DNA of 64,000 nt from Harriotta raleighana (Eukaryota). The notes below the pieces were generated by a model, which had not been told where the DNA came from, searched no databases, and saw only the letters and a program-made list of their open reading frames with translations. The stretch lies in the NCBI GenBank assembly GCA_050575255.1, contig JBNZDD010013646.1:3635744-3699743 (forward strand). Direction: 5' to 3'. How positions within the stretch are numbered: position 1 is the first letter of the stretch; each line of letters starts with the position of its first letter. The translations under genes and the position numbers were made by a program. Positions 61,340 to 64,000 of the stretch are shown piece after piece.

Positions 61340-62100
61340 TATGTTGCATTTTAAAGATGCATTTTTTCAGATAAGATGACAATACTGAGGTCCCATTTCC
61401 TTCTCCAGGTGGATGTGATCCACTGACACAATTTTTAAAAAAAAGAAAAGGAAGCTTCTCCCAGTGTTCTAGCCAGCAGTCAGTCCTCTGAGTAAAATTG
61501 ATAATTTAATTCATGGCTGTCAGTGGGACAATGTTGGTTTAAATGATGGTAACATTATCCTACAAAAACAGTCACTACACTGGATTGTAAATGAATGTAA
61601 AGGTTCTGAGATGTTTTGATATTATAACATGCCATTAAAAAGCATGTTGTGTTTTCCTTTTGTCAGGATGATTCAGTTGATAGCATTCTCCTCCCACCTG
61701 GGCCAGAAGATTGTGGGTTTCATACTTTTTGCTCATTTTATTGATACTCCAGTGCATTGACCAAGGAGTGCTTCCTTGTTGGAGATTTGTCCTTTGGATC
61801 AGTTGTTTAACCAAGGTCCCAGCTGTATTTTACAGTGAACATCAAGAAACGCATGACATTATTTGAAAAGAAAAGGAAGTTTTTCCTAGAGTCAGTAATT
61901 CTTCAGTTAAATTGATAAATGGCAGTTTGGCTGTTTAAGGGACATCGCTGTGGGCAAATTTGCTTCTAGATTTACCTACTGCAACACAGTTGTCCACATT
62001 ACTGTGAATAATAATATAGCATCTCTCACATCTGGAGAACATCCCAAAGCTCTTAAATATTTTTTGGCAATGTGATAAATCACTATATCAAATGTGAGGT
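61340..62100 (+). mobile_element. Two tandem decayed DeuSINEs
   Basis: Repeated TTTCAGATAAGATG.. / TTTGGATCAGTTGTTTAACCAAGGTCCC, GAAAAGGAAG, GGGACA...AAAT motifs; second copy has the CAGAAGATTGTGGGTTTCA head. Confidence 0.7.
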
Positions 62101-62845
62101 TAATGATACTCTCACTTTCTCTCTCTCGCTCCTCACTTTCGTATTTCAATTTCTGTTGAAATTATAGTAAATATAATGTTCCCCTATTACAGCAGCAGAA
62201 ACATATTATAGATTATTGCCTTGCTGAATCTCTAAGTAATGCTTTCCTTGCTTTATTATGTAGTACAAAGCATCATTTCTCAATGCTGAGTTAATACCAG
62301 GTGTTACTTCCATCACATTTCAGCAACAACATGCTAGAATTTCACGTGGGTGTCGCAAACACGGCCTCGCATGACTCCACTCTATAGAGTAGAACCTGTT
62401 CTACTTCAAAAGTAAAGGCAAACAGGGAACTTATTAAAAACAAAAGCAGTGAATAATATTTCTCACAAGGGTCAGCTAAGCTTTCTATTGCAATAAATTC
62501 TGTGCTCATCAAAGCATGGTACAGTAAAACCTCGTTTATCTGTGACTTGATGAACCAGAAAACCTATTCAACCGCTATCTCAAAAAAAAAGTCCCAATTC
62601 GATGAATCGGAAATTATCCAGCGAATAGTGATGACGAGTTGAATAAATTGACTGTCGCACACGAGTACTGGTGCAGGTACTCGTGGTTGTCCACTAGTCG
62701 GGTCTAAACTCGCTCCTGCTCCTTTTAAAAGTCAAGTTTTTTTTTTACCTCTGTCAGGTGAGGGCTAGCCATTGCAAAATTAAGTATAAATAATAAAATA
62801 CTAATACAATATTCGGTCGTTATTTAGTCTATTATTAATATGGTA

Positions 62846-63866
62846 CAGTTAACTTTTGTCAAAGGCGACTTTATAGATTGTGAATTCTAGTATACACAAC
62901 AAAACAAAAGCATCACTTTTTGTGCAGTGCTTGTAAAACCTGTGTATACGCACTGGCTGGTCGCCACGTGCATACGCATGGGTGAAGACACCGATAGCTC
63001 CCAACTAAATCCGCTGATTCCTTCGCTGGTCCCACACTGGCTGGTCCCATGCATTTCTGATGAAGCCGCAGATCGTGACTAAAGCCGATGATTCCTCGGC
63101 TGGCTGGCCCAGCGTTTAATACATTCCTGGGTAAATACAATATCGGCCTCGGAAAATCCTATTGGATTGCATGGTAAACAGAAGAGACACATGGCGAGAG
63201 AGAGACAGTCTCCTACGGTAATGTAGTCTAATCTATCCTATTGTTTTATTGCTTTTTTTATTGCTTTACTGCTTTGTTATCACTTTATTATAGCAATAAA
63301 GTGATAACAAAGCCCTGTAACCTTTCTGCGTCTCCCGTCCCAACCGCCTTCTTCTCTCTGCCCGCCCCCAATTGGCTCTCTGCCGCCCCACCTCCCCCAG
63401 TCCACACCCGCCCCCAAGCGGTTCTCTGCCACCCACCTCCCCAAGTCTTCCCCCGCCCCCAATAGGCTCTCTGCCCCCCACCTCCCCGAGTACCCCCTGG
63501 CTCTCTATTCTCTCCCCCCAACCTGCCCGCCCGCCACTCTCCCCAATTTCTCTCTGCCTCCCTCCCAGGATGCCCTGATATGCTCACTTCCCGGGTGGTA
63601 GGAGAGACAAGAGCAGGAAGAGTTGTGTGGGTGGGAGGAGCAACAAGAGTGGGGAGAGGCAGACGAAGCAAGGAGCGGGCCAGCCAGCTGTAGCCTGCTT
63701 CAGAGGTACCTTGCATCAAATGCACTTGGAGGCTTGAGGTGGGTAGCCTGCGACTGGATTCTCCTAACTCCCCTTTTCCCATTACTTCTTAAGCTTCTCC
63801 AACGTGATTTCGTTGAATGTGCAATTTTCCAGGAATGTAACACCCATGATCGACAAGGGTTAACTG
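62846..63866. mobile_element. Nested non-autonomous Tigger-like element, family B (1021 bp)
   Basis: TIRs CAGTTAACTTTTGTCAA and TCGACAAGGGTTAACTG with TA duplication; the empty site ATGG-TA-TGTGTTAAAA is seen at 14938-14953. Confidence 0.88.
63361..63495. repeat. C-rich minisatellite, 3 units of about 45 bp
   Basis: CCCGCCCCCAA..GG.TCTCTGCC.CCC.ACCTCCCC.AGT starting at 63361, 63407 and 63452. Confidence 0.85.
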
Positions 63867-64000
63867 TATGTGTTAAAATAATTTTTTATTAAAATGTTTT
63901 GTTTTTCTTACCCAGAAAAGCGTTTAAACGCCACTCGCCAGGTCCAGTGAGTGCCGGATAAACAAAGTTTTACTGTATTTTTATCCTAATAATCTGACCA

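Larger units (their letters stand above)
62522..63975 (+). mobile_element. Family A MITE hosting a nested transposon
   Basis: TA|CAGTAAAACCTCGTTTATC ... GATAAACAAAGTTTTACTG|TA; outer parts collinear with 14622-15070. Confidence 0.93.

Overview
AT-rich, CpG-depleted vertebrate genomic DNA, intronic or intergenic, with no recognisable host protein-coding gene. Almost every interpretable ORF is a decayed retroelement. The repeat content is typical of cartilaginous fish, possibly a holocephalan (inference). It includes L2 and CR1 LINE fragments, a young tRNA-derived SINE with a partial Deu domain and an L2-type tail, older DeuSINE and AmnSINE2-like copies, Penelope-like remnants, a Tigger/pogo-type MITE family (7 copies, one with a nested second element) and hAT MITEs with 8-bp TSDs. 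Ten single-N sites sit between near-identical tandem duplicates and look like assembly artefacts. The most notable items are three Penelope-type termini with decayed minimal hammerhead ribozyme cores, two templated insertions at deletion junctions, an unclassified long inverted repeat at 57.8-58.6 kb, and a candidate promoter with spliced 5' exons at 30.4-30.8 kb. I found no convincing new biological system. Repeat family names come from recalled consensus similarity, not a database search, and boundaries of decayed elements are approximate.
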